DNA from: an uncultured virus (IMG/VR IMGVR_UViG_3300019458_000025)
Lineage: Duplodnaviria; Heunggongvirae; Uroviricota; Caudoviricetes
Reading direction: 5' to 3' (one strand)
Virus record (IMG/VR): IMGVR_UViG_3300019458_000025
Length of the DNA: 64,000 bases
Notes under the pieces: generated by a model
What the model was told of the DNA's origin: nothing
The model's input: the letters and a program-made list of their open reading frames with translations, nothing else
The model's database searches: none
Position numbers and translations under genes: made by a program
Shown here: one piece after another, positions 63,293 to 64,000 of the stretch
Position numbering within the stretch: position 1 is the first letter of the stretch
Layout of the letters: each line of letters opens with the position of its first letter

Positions 63293-63901
63293 ATGTACAT
63301 CTCCGACGCCGAAGAAGGACCGCAGGCAGCCAGGGAGATCGTCCCGGCGGCGGGCGGCCACATGGAACGGAAAGACGACGCCTGGTGGTTCGTCCTGGAC
63401 GAGAAGACCTACAAGCTCCTCCAGACGACGCCGGTGAAACCGGTCTCGCGCTGGATTCCGTCCGAGCCGCTCTGGTGCCTGCCGGGCCCTCCCTCCGAGC
63501 CGACCCTGGGCGTCTTCCTCCATCCGGAGACCGGCCAGTACTGCATGCCCTCGACGCTGCCGGGCGAGTGGCAGCCGCCGTACTCGCTCCGGAGCGAACA
63601 GGTCACCTACGACCTCGACGGCCTGGGGATCTGGATCGACCCGAGGCGGTTCCACCAGTTCCCGGCTCCGGGCGGCCTCCCCGGGTTCCTCGCGCCCTAC
63701 CAGCCGCCCTACTACGTCGAGTTCACGGGCCCCACGACCGGAGGGAAAAAGGCGCTCAAGGGACCGTTCGCTTCCTGGCAGGAGGCCGAACGCTACGTCC
63801 AGCGAAACGAGGCCATGCTCGCCGGACAGGGATACTACCAGATCGTGGACGGGACCGGACTGCCGGTCGATCGGAAGGAATTCTACGGGCCTGGGCTATA
63901 A
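63293..63901 (+). CDS. MY-start protein, paralog of 61758..62498 C-terminus
   Basis: PPYYVEFTGP....GPF....EA.RY. Confidence 0.75.
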   Translation: MYISDAEEGPQAAREIVPAAGGHMERKDDAWWFVLDEKTYKLLQTTPVKPVSRWIPSEPLWCLPGPPSEPTLGVFLHPETGQYCMPSTLPGEWQPPYSLRSEQVTYDLDGLGIWIDPRRFHQFPAPGGLPGFLAPYQPPYYVEFTGPTTGGKKALKGPFASWQEAERYVQRNEAMLAGQGYYQIVDGTGLPVDRKEFYGPGL

Positions 63902-63903
63902 CG

Positions 63904-64000
63904 ATGGCGAGACTGAAGCGGAAGCGCTGGGGCCATTTCGAGGGCGGTCTCATCGACGACGGCGCTTTTCATCCGGTGTTCTCCGGCGACGACTATTACT
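63904..64000 (+). CDS. KRW-motif protein, 3'-truncated
   Basis: MARLKRKRWGHFEGG.. Confidence 0.6.
   Translation, partial: MARLKRKRWGHFEGGLIDDGAFHPVFSGDDYY

Noticed and set aside
1..64000. Stop-codon reassignment
   Set aside because: TAA, TAG and TGA all end well-defined genes; no CTA or TTA suppressor tRNA seen; the TCA tRNA has Sec architecture.

Overview
GC-rich, gene-dense 64 kb segment that most likely comes from a very large bacteriophage or phage-like extrachromosomal element. This is an inference: no capsid, terminase or polymerase genes and no core housekeeping operons are in the window. Contents, left to right: (1) a collagen-like protein plus a very large multi-domain glycosyltransferase; (2) a ubiquitin E2-like protein, a Ro60/TROVE gene flanked by Y RNA-like genes, a macro-domain protein, tmRNA, a TylF methyltransferase and a Ser/Thr kinase; (3) a ~1.3 kb non-coding region with iterated motifs, then SAM decarboxylase, thermonuclease and vWA genes; (4) a ~22 kb plus-strand array of about 54 tRNA genes (all 20 amino acids plus Sec), interspersed with HNH genes, McsA, phosphatases, more Y RNA-like genes and unclassified structured RNAs; (5) a long run of small hypothetical genes, one of which is interrupted by an IscB/omegaRNA element. 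Main observations: (a) about 25 mostly unrelated small proteins share a [RK]KRW(G) motif encoded by varied codons, while a second, non-overlapping protein set starts MY[VILT][NDSE], suggesting an undescribed protein tagging or sorting system; (b) ten Y RNA-like genes share a constant Ro-type stem but carry swappable payloads, including permuted tRNA domains and anticodon stem-loops; (c) HNH cassettes split a resident tRNA gene and carry a replacement tRNA. All calls were made by eye; no database searches were run.
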